Shown in pieces: positions 24,001 through 34,064 of a DNA stretch of 64,000 nt. The position numbers and the translations under genes were made by a program. The stretch comes from Camelus dromedarius. Its lineage: Eukaryota. The DNA lies in NCBI RefSeq assembly GCF_036321535.1, contig NC_087437.1, positions 61,258,001 through 61,322,000 of the forward strand. Reading direction: 5' to 3'. The first letter of the stretch is position 1; every line of letters begins with the position of its first letter. The notes below the pieces were generated by a model. That model had not been told where the DNA came from and ran no database searches. It was given only the letters and a program-made list of their open reading frames with translations.

Positions 24001-27000
24001 AGTTTTGAATGATCAAGGAACAAGATTTACCTCGTGGGATTAGAGACTATCCTGGAGTGATTAAAGTTGGAGAGAAACAAGGGTCAGGGAACTTGACCTT
24101 GATCCCATGGGAAACTAGGGATTACTACAAGGTCTCCAACAGGGCAGTAATGTGTTTGCAGGTTAGGCTGGCAGCAGTATAAAATGTGCTAGAAGGAAGA
24201 AACCAGAAACAAGATAGGCATATCGTGAAGGCCAGAGAGGGCTTTTAAAATTGTGGTGACACCACCTTTAAAATGTTAAGAAGGAAACATTTTTTTTTTC
24301 TCATCATAAGTAAGGGAACTAGCAGCACGAGCCTGGTAGGAATAACCTCAGAAATTTGGGATTGTTTTAACTGCCTTGAAGAAATTCTTATCAAGAAGAT
24401 AAAATAAACATTTAATATTTTAAATATTTATAGAGAGAAATATGTTAGTGACTAGCTTGAATAAGTCCAGAAAGTTTCATTTTAATGATAAATTAATTTC
24501 TTATTTTTCAGGTGAAAAATCCAGTTACCGGACTGTCTCTATATCGGGACAGCAACTGGATCAACAAAGTGTAAGTTGAGAAAAGTGAATAAATAGCTAA
24601 TAGAAAAGCAGAGTCATTCAGTAGCACCTTCGATGTGAGGCAGAGGTTTAAACATAACCTTGGAGTGAGTGTACCTGACCTGTACCTAGAGACTGAATTT
24701 AAGGATTTCTTTGGGGGTAGGGCAGGTTGCATGTAGCACAGTCTGTTCTTTAGAAAACCTTCTAAAGACACATTCTTGCTTTCCTTGCAGCGAGAAACTT
24801 TCTTTTGATAATGCTGCTTTCCCTTTCCTTGCATATTCTGGAATCCCAGCAGTTTCTTTCTGTTTTTGTGAGGTAAGTCTGAAGAGTGCTAAGCATTGTA
24901 TCTTAGATCTTCTTTTGTCAATTTTGAGACCAAGCTTCCTAGAGTGCTTGGTATGTCTTAAGAAGTTTATATGCGTGTAGTTATTATAATCTCCCTTATT
25001 ATCAGTCTTAACATAAAATTGTTATCTGAGCTTAGTTAGTATTTGAATTTACTTGCTAAAACTTCTTCAGTTGTGTATGATGAGCTTTAATAACAAGGCG
25101 GCCTATTGAACAGTGCAGGTGTAGAATATTTCCTTCAAACAGAAAGTTCTACTGGATAATGCTGTTCTCAATACCTGTTGAAATATGGTTGTAGATGTTT
25201 ATCCCGAGATGTTAGTTTCTTAAGCAGGGATAATGGATAAAAGCACAAAAGTCAAACAGAGGTAAGATTTTCAAGACACAGAGCTTAGAACTGACCAACT
25301 TGGCTTCTAATGAGCTTGGTACAAGAGCCAACTAGAAGGCACTGAAAACCAGGCAGGGTAAAAAGAATGATGAAGGCTTGTGTGCTAAGGTTTGAAGGCT
25401 TGCATGCTAAAGTTCTAGATTTGGAAAATTGGCTCTGTAGCAGGTTCTTCCAAGGTGTGAAGAGATCCCAGAGTTACTATAGGAGGAGGTCAGGGTGGAA
25501 GCTGTTGACTTTGCCATCAAATTGTTGATCCAGTAGAGACCAGGTCCTTCCTAGATTTCTTATCACTGGGTGTTTTAGCCTGGGACTAGGATGGGAAAGG
25601 CATGAAGTGAGGGAGTGATGAAAGATCTGGATTTGGAGATTAACATAGCTGGAATTCCCTTAAATTTCTGCTACAGTATCAGTATGAATGATACTGAAAT
25701 ATCTGGTCATGATGTCTGTCTGTTTAGTACATTAGGAAGAACTGAGTGTCAAGTCCTAGGCTTGAGGGAATTTATGGATGATTTAAATTGACCTTCAGAA
25801 GTCATGTTTTTAGTTAATATATATAAAATAGACAAATAACAAATTCATACTGTATAGCACAGGGAACTATATTCAGTATCTTTTAGTAACTATGGTGAAA
25901 AAGAATATGAAAATGAATATATGTATGTTCATGTATGACTGAAGTCATGTATGACTGGTATGCTGTATACCAGAAATTGACACAACATTGTAAACTGACT
26001 ATACTTCAATAAAAAATACATATTAAAAAAAAAGTCATGTTTTAAAAAACTTAATGACTCCTTAGATCTCAAAAACCTAGCAATGCTGGTTCAGAGGTAT
26101 ATGGTATAGTCTGAAAGTAAAGAATTGAGGTCAGACCAAAGGATTGCCAATGAAATTGTCATCAAGGACAATGGTAGGGAATAGAGTTGAAGAAATAGTT
26201 ACTAAAGTCGTCTAGTGAAGACAGAGAGAAGACCTTGTGAGCATCAAACATTCTTGTTAGAAGGGTAACATATGAGTGGATGAATGCTACACAGTTAGGA
26301 AGAAAGTAGATTTCTGTCTAAAAGTAGCACTTCATATTGAAAGTGCATTTCATGCATGCTCTCCTATTCTTTCATTAATACGGGCCAAACTTCCCAGAGG
26401 GAAGAGAACAAAGATGTAACTTCAAGCAATTTGGCTAGAAATCTGTTTAGAGTCCATGATGTGGTAGAACAGGGATTCTGTAGGTCCTAGAAGAAAGCAG
26501 TCATTCTAGGGGCAGGTTAGGTTCAGAGGAACTAGCAAAGTGCTGTCTTCTTTAAGTAGTAAATATGACATGAAGGAGGACTAGGAATATATTAGAAGCA
26601 AAGGAAGAATTATAGTTACTGTTAACCTTGATGGGGAAACCGGAATTTGAGGCTCCTAGTCTTATGACCCAGCTGAGTACATTAACCCAGCTTTGTTTTC
26701 CAGAACACAGATTACCCTTATTTGGGTACTACCATGGATACCTATGAGGTCCTGAATCAAGAGGTTCCTCAGCTGAACAAAATGTTACGTGCAGCAGCAG
26801 AAGTAGCCGGTCAGCTTGTGATTAAACTTATCCATGATGTTGAGCTGAACCTGAACTATGAGATGTATAACGACAAAATACTTTCATTTGTGAAGGATAT
26901 GAGCCAATTCAGAACAGACATAAAGGTGAGCACTAATTAAAATCAAGTTCTTACTGCTGAAGTATCAAGCAGTTTGAAGAATAATGTTTAGCTGTTCTTG

Positions 27001-29068
27001 GGGAGACATGATTGGTAGCCAAACTGTGTTATAAAGTGAAGTGAAGTACATTTGCTTAGAATCCATAATTCAGTTGAAAGAGAAGTCGGGAGGCTGTGGG
27101 TTATAGATATAGGATAGACCACAGCAAGTATTTCACAATCAAAACCAGTGTTAAGCTTTCTCTTGTTCATGTATTCCAGGCAACCCATAAAGAGGTTGGA
27201 CCTAGAGAATATAAAGATCTCAATTATGACTTTTGAATCTGTGAGTTTGGGGCATATATGCCTTTCAGAGATGACACGGACAGAGAGAGAACATAGCCAG
27301 TAGTTAAACTCTTATTCAGTGTTGATCATTGGTGTCTGACAGTCAAACATTTGATAAAAATCAAGTTAATAAGTGGCTTCCAATTGGTGGTATTATGGTA
27401 TTAGAAGTCATTTTAACAGATCCCGTAAGTGAAGTAAGTAACTGATAACCTAATCTTAATTATTACGATTGGCTTTCTTGAAACTAATTACAACTGATCA
27501 GAGAATGGGACTTACCAGATGGAAATAACTAGATTCTGAAGTTCGTTAAACCAAAATGTTTGAAGTTTGTCACCATAGGGAGGTTGAAATGGAAAGGATA
27601 CACAACACAGAGTTATATACTTTTTTTTAATTGGTTTTTTTGTGGGGTGGAGGAGATAATTAAGTTTCTTTATTTACTTATCTTAATGGAGACACTGGGG
27701 ATTGAGCCCAGTACCTCGTGCATGCTAAGCATGCACTCTGCCACTGAGCTATACCCTCCCCCAGGATTATAAACTTTTACGAATTATTTTAAATTTCTTG
27801 TTGAGGACGGTTTTCATAGGAGACTAAGAATGGATAATTGTACTATCTGCTGAGCTTAAATAAAACCATATTACTCTAGTTGTAAAACTCCAAGTTTATA
27901 GGCTTGGAATCTCTTGTACAAATGCTTAAGTCTAGCTTTCACTGAACCTTGAGTCACTGCCTTTTATCAGAATCTTTTCAGTTACTACACCTAAATTTAG
28001 AAAGGTATATAGAATAACATTCTTGGAAATATAACGTCTGGTAGTGATTTGATGTCCTTCTGCTTCAGGAGATGGGTCTGAGTCTACAGTGGCTGTATTC
28101 TGCTCGTGGAGACTTTTTCCGGGCTACGTCCAGACTAACAACAGATTATAAGAACGCTGAGAGAACAAACAGATTTGTTATGAGGGAAATCAATGACCGT
28201 ATCATGAAAGTAAGTAAACTCGTAGAAGAGGAGGTACTCAAGTATGATCATTTTTAAATGGTAAATCTTGTGTTTCTAAAAAGTAGAGTAACAATTCCAG
28301 GAGCCTAGAATCCTTTGCTGCTTTAGACTTCAGCACAAATTTTAACTTTTACTTCTTAGCAAGATCTAAAGCCAACATATCTAAACTGGAAATATGAGAT
28401 GTTTGACCTAGTATTAATTTTTTTAGGTTTTAAAAACATTTCAAAGAAGGGATCGTTAATGATTTTTAGCTGTTCATTTTCTCTCTATTTCTGTTTAATT
28501 CAGCCCTTAGCTGCTTTTATACTAGTCTGCTTGGAAGAAGCAGAAGATTTCATTACAGTGGAAACTTGTTATAAACTTTCCATATATAGGTTCCAACCAA
28601 AAAAAAAAAAAAAAAAACCAATGCAGTTAGAGTTCACAAAGAAATTGAAAGTTTGCTTTACAATTTTAACATTAGAAGATCGGTAGCCTGGTTCTCAACA
28701 TTCTTAAATTTGTGGAAATTTTAACGCTTGAAGTGAGAGAATGACAGTTGTTTTACTATATCGTGTCCATTCATCACAACAATATTATAGCACCATGTAA
28801 ACACTTGTATGTTTTGTTTTCATAGGTGGAGTATCACTTCCTCTCACCTTACGTATCTCCAAGAGAGTCTCCTTTCCGACATATCTTTTGGGGTTTTGGC
28901 TTTCACACTGCATCAGCTTTACTAGAACACTTGAAGCTGCGTCGGAAAAATAACAGTGCTTTTAATCAAACACTGTTGAAAAACCAGTTGGCTCTAGCAA
29001 CTTGGACTATTCAGGGAGCTGCAAATGCCCTCTCTGGTGACATTTGGGACATTGACAATGATCTTTAA
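11745..29068 (+). CDS. TFRC: Transferrin receptor protein 1 (CD71), spliced CDS, 18 coding exons, 770 aa
   Basis: Exons join in frame: 36+211+211+150+109+114+99+140+158+120+86+64+68+59+82+222+141+243 = 2313 nt. [12 protein letters not shown] start, YTRF motif, transmembrane helix, RGD, ...[13 protein letters not shown] stop. Confidence 0.99.
12334..12544 (+). CDS. TFRC: TFRC exon 3 (cytoplasmic tail, YTRF endocytosis motif 12355-12366, start of TM helix)
   Basis: CAG|TTTGGT...[38 protein letters not shown]... Confidence 0.98.
13062..13272 (+). CDS. TFRC: TFRC exon 4 (end of TM helix, stalk)
   Basis: TAG|GATTT...[20 protein letters not shown]...RLFWADLK. Confidence 0.97.
14398..14547 (+). 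CDS. TFRC: TFRC exon 5
   Basis: CAG|GATG...[23 protein letters not shown]...[15 protein letters not shown]. Confidence 0.97.
14722..14830 (+). CDS. TFRC: TFRC exon 6 (apical domain)
   Basis: TAG|CAAT...[18 protein letters not shown]...[12 protein letters not shown]. Confidence 0.97.
14990..15428 (+). mobile_element. L2 LINE 3' fragment
   Basis: CTAGAATGTAAGCT...CAGTGCCTG...TATTTGCTGAATGAAT, typical of an L2 3' end. Confidence 0.7.
16389..16502 (+). CDS. TFRC: TFRC exon 7
   Basis: TAG|GGTAAA...[19 protein letters not shown]...[10 protein letters not shown]. Confidence 0.97.
16995..17880. mobile_element. Old L1M 3' fragments in opposite orientations
   Basis: TTGAGATATAATTCACATACC... on the minus strand, then TTAGTGGTTGCCAGGAG... 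on the plus strand. Confidence 0.75.
17660..17802 (-). mobile_element. Short polyadenylated retroposed insert (probably ERV LTR R region) with (GAAAA)n tail
   Basis: 15-bp TSD CTCTCTGTATTATTT at 17645-17659 and 17803-17817; minus-strand AATAAA 17737-17732; poly(A) from 17720. Confidence 0.8.
18028..18126 (+). CDS. TFRC: TFRC exon 8
   Basis: TAG|GTTGCA...CAT|GTGAGT; VANAE...[14 protein letters not shown]...FGH. Confidence 0.97.
18510..18649 (+). CDS. TFRC: TFRC exon 9
   Basis: TAG|GCTCAT...[31 protein letters not shown]. Confidence 0.97.
20111..20268 (+). CDS. TFRC: TFRC exon 10
   Basis: TAG|AAAT...[20 protein letters not shown]...[10 protein letters not shown]. Confidence 0.97.
20520..20670. 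mobile_element. MER58A-like hAT MITE
   Basis: GCAAATTT...GGCCATACAGTCTGTTGCAGCT...GCCATAGACAATATGTAA...TAGTTTGCCGA. Confidence 0.65.
21007..21126 (+). CDS. TFRC: TFRC exon 11
   Basis: (T)30GAG|ATCG...[33 protein letters not shown]. Confidence 0.96.
22219..22304 (+). CDS. TFRC: TFRC exon 12
   Basis: TAG|GTCAG...[36 protein letters not shown]. Confidence 0.97.
22528..22591 (+). CDS. TFRC: TFRC exon 13
   Basis: TAG|GGATAC...[31 protein letters not shown]. Confidence 0.97.
22775..22953. mobile_element. MER5-like hAT MITE
   Basis: CAGTGGTTCTT...ATCACCTGGGAACT...TTTGAGAACCACT with terminal inverted repeats. Confidence 0.8.
23539..23606 (+). CDS. TFRC: TFRC exon 14
   Basis: CAG|GTACC...[31 protein letters not shown]. 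Confidence 0.97.
24512..24570 (+). CDS. TFRC: TFRC exon 15
   Basis: CAG|GTGAAA...[30 protein letters not shown]. Confidence 0.97.
24791..24872 (+). CDS. TFRC: TFRC exon 16
   Basis: CAG|CGAG...[36 protein letters not shown]. Confidence 0.97.
25813..26031 (+). mobile_element. 5'-truncated L1 3'UTR fragment
   Basis: CTGTATAGCACAGGGAACTATATTCA...AATAAA-poly(A); TSD AAGTCATGTTTT at 25799-25810 and 26032-26043; similar to 41300-41470. Confidence 0.85.
26704..26925 (+). CDS. TFRC: TFRC exon 17
   Basis: CAG|AACACA...[21 protein letters not shown]...RAAAEVAGQ. Confidence 0.97.
27621..27762 (-). mobile_element. tRNA-derived SINE (Vic-1-like)
   Basis: Reverse strand reads GGGGGAGGGTATAGCTCAGTGGCAGAGTGCATGCTTAGCATGCACGAGGT..., with an A-rich tail. 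Confidence 0.88.
28069..28209 (+). CDS. TFRC: TFRC exon 18 (helical domain, RGD at 28105-28113)
   Basis: CAG|GAGATG...[29 protein letters not shown]. Confidence 0.97.
28826..29068 (+). CDS. TFRC: TFRC exon 19 coding part
   Basis: TAG|GTGGAG...[31 protein letters not shown]...[10 protein letters not shown]. Confidence 0.97.
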   Translation: MEYHFLSPYVSPRESPFRHIFWGFGFHTASALLEHLKLRRKNNSAFNQTLLKNQLALATWTIQGAANALSGDIWDIDNDL

Positions 29069-29908
29069 ATGTGATACCCATAACTTATCTAAGAACATCA
29101 GGGTAATGTTGTTTGTAGACTTGTGCTGGTTGTGCTAAATTTTCAGTAGGGCTACAAAACCCAATGTTGTTAAAATTCTACATGATCATCTTGGTACTAC
29201 TAGATGTCTTTAGGCAGCAACTTTTAATACAGGATAGGTACCTGCACTTCAAGTTAAACTGAATAACCACTTAAAATCTTTCCTGTTATAGTTATGAAAA
29301 AGTCGGAACCAGTTACATGAACTATTGCTCTAAATCCTAAGGATGTGAACTGGTATCTGTTTGAATTGGAGGAGGAAGGTGACATCTGCTAAAGGTGAAA
29401 AGTGGTAGCTTAGTGTGATCCTCCATTTTCATTTGATGCTAATTAGGAGATTCTGGGTTGTAAGGCTTTACTCCAAGTGAGATCTGTCTCCTTTAAGGAT
29501 TTAGCTGGTTTCCACATCCCTGAGTGAAACAATTCAGTTTCAGAAGAGATGAAACTTGTTTTCCTGCCAGTGATGTGTGAAATAGAGGTCCTTCAACTGT
29601 GTAAAATGAGGTTCAACTGTTTATTACAGGAGTAAGGCCTTAATGTGTTAAGATTCTTAATGAAAAGAGGATACCAGAAGCCAAAGACCTAGTATATTTT
29701 CTTTTCTTCTGTCCCCTGTCCCATAAGCCTTTGTAAGTTTTTTGTTGTTTTTTGTTTTTTCAAGGTATTTTGAAAGAGAACCAGTTTTAGGTGTTTAATT
29801 TCATACTCAGTTTGTCAGACTTTAAAGAACACACTGCCAAATTCTGGCCAAAGTGTTAATTTTTTGGAAAAGCTTCCTGTCATTTTGGCACTGAGATATT
29901 TATTGTTT

Positions 29909-29937
29909 ATTTATCAGTGACAGAGTTCACTATAAAT
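29909..29937 (+). promoter_or_regulatory. TFRC: Iron-responsive element A (CAGAGU loop variant)
   Basis: ATTTAT-C-AGTGA-CAGAGT-TCACT-ATAAAT: lower stem, bulged C, 5-bp upper stem, hexaloop. Confidence 0.95.
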
Positions 29938-29959
29938 GGTGTTTTTTTTTTTATAGAAG

Positions 29960-29992
29960 ATAATTATCGGAAGCAGTGCCTTCCATAATTAT
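29960..29992 (+). promoter_or_regulatory. TFRC: Iron-responsive element B
   Basis: ATAATTAT-C-GGAAG-CAGTGC-CTTCC-ATAATTAT. Confidence 0.97.
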
Positions 29993-30369
29993 GACAGTTA
30001 TACTGTCGTTTTTTTTTAAATAAAAGCAGCATCTGCTAGTAAAACCCAACAGATACTGGAAGTTTTGCATATATGGTCAACACCTGAGGGTGTTAGAAAA
30101 CAACTGCAAGCAAAATAAAATTTATAAAGCTAAATCTTAGAGAAGAATTAAATTTAATCAGTGGTTGCTAATCAAGTTAGACGTCTATCTAGCCAACCAG
30201 ATTAGGCAGTTCTCCGAAATGCAATGAATTGTGACCAAGTTATAAATTAATGTCACTTAAAGGCTGTGATTGTACTCATATGTGCAAAATTTTACAGCTC
30301 AGTTTATCTAAGGTGTAACTTTAATTCGATTTTGCAAAATTTCCAGTACCTTTGTCACAAACCTAACTC

Positions 30370-30400
30370 ACATTATCGGGAGCAGTGTCTTCCATAATGT
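30370..30400 (+). promoter_or_regulatory. TFRC: Iron-responsive element C
   Basis: ACATTAT-C-GGGAG-CAGTGT-CTTCC-ATAATGT. Confidence 0.97.
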
Positions 30401-30436
30401 ATAAAGAACAAGGTAGTTTTTGCCTACCACAGTGTC

Positions 30437-30463
30437 TATATCGGAGACAGTGATCTCCATATG
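30437..30463 (+). promoter_or_regulatory. TFRC: Iron-responsive element D
   Basis: TATAT-C-GGAGA-CAGTGA-TCTCC-ATATG. Confidence 0.96.
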
Positions 30464-30482
30464 TTACACTAAGGGTGTACGT

Positions 30483-30511
30483 AATTATCGGGAACAGTGT
30501 TTCCCATAATT
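30483..30511 (+). promoter_or_regulatory. TFRC: Iron-responsive element E
   Basis: AATTAT-C-GGGAA-CAGTGT-TTCCC-ATAATT. Confidence 0.97.
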
Positions 30512-31772
30512 GTCTTCATGCAATGACATCTTCAAAGCTTGAAGATCGTTAGTATCTAACATGTATTCCCAGCTCTCTATAATTCTCTATCTTTTAGTTT
30601 TAGTGGCAGAAAATTTTGTGGTCATGAAGCATATTTGGTGGATAACTTCAACCACTGGAAAATTACTTCCTTCAACATTCTTTGTTTTTAAACCTAATAT
30701 TTTGTTGTATTTGTGGTTTCCCCAGGTCGTCTGTTTAGTGGGATAATAGCATACATTTATAATGTTTGCTGTTGTCAAATGAATTGAACTTTATCCCTTA
30801 TTTGCATGTTATCTCCTATAAACTTAATTCATACAAGTTTGAATCCAGAATTGACCTTTTAGCTTAAAGCAGGGGAAATTTCTATGGGAGTTTGGGGGGA
30901 GGGGAGAGTGAAGGGTGTGAGGAGGCAAAGCTTGCAAAAGGATCTTTGATCATGTCTCCCTAACCGTTAGCATTTGGTGGTTATAAGTTATATGTAGATG
31001 TGAACAAGTAAGTTTGAGGCTTCATCAGGTAGGGCTTTATTTTCTAGTCAGCCATTGTTATAAACCTGATAATCAAAGGTTTTATTGTGGGGCAGTTTAC
31101 TACTGTCACCTAAGAGAAAGTCCCATAGGGTCTCTTAAGGTTCTTAAACTTAGCGTCTCTTATGTAAACTAAAATAGATCTAGATTATTACAGCCTCGCT
31201 GATTCATTTCGCTACTCAGTCTGTTTTAGTCTTCACAGAGTTTCTCTTGAACTGATACTTTAGTGTAGGTAAGTGAAAAGGTCATAGCTGGGACTCCTGG
31301 TTTGGGCATCATGCTTTATCATACTTTACTGAAAGCTCAGTGACTTCAAGGCAGAATATGAATGGGTATACATTTTACAGCAGTAAATCTCTTCTGGAAA
31401 ATCTTTCTGTGGTAAGGATCAGGTTATTTCCAATCAAACAAGTAAGTGGCAAGGGGCTTAATATTCCTGAATGAAATATATATCTGACTGGTGACAACCT
31501 GCTGGTCTTCAGAATTTTTTTTGGTTTCAGATGTCATGTGCATTTTGAAGGTAAAGAATAAAATGAGTGAGCTTTGTCATGAGTCACCTATTCTAGAACT
31601 TGCATGACCTTTACTGTGTTTCCTCTTTGCATGTTCTTGAAATTTTAGTTGGCTAAAGATGGCTTATTAGACTTGGCAACTTATCACTCAGCTGTATATT
31701 TGTAAATGAGTGATATGCCCTTATAATTGTATACAAGCTGCTATGTGCAACAATGTGGAGATTATCTGATTT

Positions 31773-31778
31773 AATAAA
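31773..31778 (+). terminator. TFRC: Likely TFRC polyadenylation signal (alternative AATAAA at 31557-31562)
   Basis: AATAAA followed ~15-25 nt later by a GT/T-rich tract; unique sequence gives way to L1 right after. Confidence 0.7.
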
Positions 31779-31799
31779 ATGCTTGAACACTGAGTTGTC

Positions 31800-33120
31800 C
31801 TTTTTAAATAGATTTTAGTCTTTTAGAGCAGTTTTATGTTCCCAGTAAAACTGATCAGAAAGTACAGAGTTCCCAAATACTCTGTTTCATACTTCCCCCA
31901 CCCCAGTTTCCCCCACTATCAACATTCCTGTCCCCAAACCCCTACAGAGAAGTACATTTGTTTCAGTGAACCTACCTTGACACATCATTATCATCCAATG
32001 ACCATAGTTAATATTAAGGGTTGCTCTTGGTGGTGTAATTCTATGTGTTGGGACAAAGGTATAATGACATATTCACCATTATCGGTGAATAATGTATTGT
32101 ATAGTACTGTATTGTACTATACAGAATAATTTTACTTCCCTGAAAATCCTCTGTGCTCTGCCTCTTCCTCTTCCCTCCCTGGTAACCACTAATCTTTTTA
32201 CTGTCTCATAGTTTTGCCTTTTCCAGAATGCCATGTAGTTGGAATCATACATTTCATTCAATTAGTAGCTTTTTCAGATTGGCTTATTTCACTTAGCAAT
32301 ATGCATTTAAGTTTCCTCCATGTCTTTTCATGGCTTGATAGCTCATTTCTTTTCAGCGCTGAATAATGTTCCATTGTCTGGATATGACATTATCCATTCA
32401 CCTACTAAAGGACATCTTTGTTGCTTCCAGACTTTGGCGATTATGAATAAAGCTGCTATAAACATATGTACAGATACTTATGTGGACATAAGTTTTCAGT
32501 TCATTTGGTTAAATACCAAGCAGTACAATTGCTGGATCACTTGAGAAGAGTATATTTACTTTTTTAAGAAACTGTCAAACTGTCCTCCAAAGTGGCTGTA
32601 CCATTTTGCATTCCCACTAGTAATGAATGAGTTCCTGTTTCTCCACATCCTTGCCAACATTTGGTGGTGTCAGTGTTTTGGATTTTGGTCGTTCTAGTAG
32701 GTGCATAGTGGTATCTCGTTTTAATTTGTATTTCCCTGATGTCAAGATGTTGAGCATCTTTTCCTACTCTTATTTACCGAGTGTGTATCTTTGGTGAGGT
32801 GTCTGTTCAGATCTTTTGCCTGTATTTTAAGCAGGTTGTTTATTTTTTATCATTGAGTTTTAAGAATTCTTTGTATATTTTGATTATCAGTCCTTTATTA
32901 TTTATGTTTTATAAGTATTTTTTCCCAGTTTGTGGCTTGTCTACTCATTCTCTTGATAGTATCTTTTGTAGAACAGAAAATTTTCATTTTAATGAAGTCC
33001 AGCTTATCAATTCTTTCTTTCATCTATCACCAAACCCAACATCATCTAGATTTTCTCCTGCATTATCTTCTAGGAGTTTTACGGTTTTGCATTTTATATT
33101 TAGGTCTGTGAATCATCTTG
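31800..33120 (-). mobile_element. Old L1 (L1M) 3' end / ORF2 C-terminal remnant
   Basis: CCAAAGTGGCTGTACCATTTTGCATTCCCAC...CTCCACATCCTTGCCAACA, characteristic of L1. Confidence 0.88.
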
Positions 33121-33849
33121 AGGTGATGGGCCAGGAGGCAGCCCTAAACAAATATTTGAAGAGACATCTGGTTATCTGCAAGGTATACCTTCCCTTGGAC
33201 TTTAACACATCAAATACCATTATCTTTCTTGTAGCTCCCAATGGGTTTACCTTCTTAGGTGCTTGAGTTAAAACCTCTGAAGTTTGCTACATCTGTCCTT
33301 TAAACTGCCTAATGTTTCACCCATCCCAAAGTGACTGTTTTGACTAGTTGTTAGTGCCTTTTTTGAAAAATGTTCACGTATTGACAGTCAAAGTGCAGAA
33401 GGGTCTGTGTTGAAAAGTAAGTTTTTCCTCTTGGTCCTCACAGTTTCTCCCTCAAAATTTCCAGTCACCAATTTCTTGTGCATACTTTCAAAGTAGTCCG
33501 TGCGAAGGGGGAAGAGCTGTGAAACTTTCATAAAAAGGGTTTTGGTTCCACTATCACAATGTGGCTGGTGTAACCCATCCCTCCCACTGCTTACGATGAT
33601 AAACTCTGGGCAAAATAGAAAAGAAGAAAGGAAAAGAGAACCACCTGCAGACTTTAAGAAGTAAACAAAGGCAAGCAGACTGTGGACAAGAGTAAAGCTT
33701 GGAACAGTGACCTTAAAAAAAAAGGTGAGAGTTGGTGAGGCGAAGAGGGGACAAAGAACCAATAACATAATGGTATGCCAAGGTCCAACTGTATCAATAA
33801 TTAGTATGTTATGGACGTGTTAACATTCTAATTAAGATACTGATGTTAG

Positions 33850-34037
33850 GTTTTTATTTTTACTTTTTAATTTTTAAAAAATAACATTTTTTATAATTAA
33901 CTTTTTGTTGTTGTTTGTTTTTGCACGGGGTAGGTGACTAGGTTTTGTTGTCTATTTTTAGAGGAGGTACTGGGGTTCAAACCCAGGACCTCATGCATGC
34001 TAAGAATGTGCTCTACCACTTGAGCTATACCCTCCCC
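33850..34037 (-). mobile_element. tRNA-derived SINE (Vic-1-like)
   Basis: Reverse strand reads GGGGAGGGTATAGCTCAAGTGGTAGAGCACATTCTTAGCATGCATGAGGTCCTGGGTTTGAACCCCAG. Confidence 0.88.
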
Positions 34038-34064
34038 ATAACAGTGGGCTTTTAAAAAGCCCAT

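Noticed and set aside
11745..29068. Possibility that this TFRC is a decaying duplicate, given several odd substitutions
   Set aside because: All exons, splice sites, the reading frame, promoter, IREs and TNK2 synteny are intact.
29909..30511. Spaced palindromic repeats superficially like a CRISPR array
   Set aside because: They are the five canonical TFRC iron-responsive elements in a mammalian 3'UTR.
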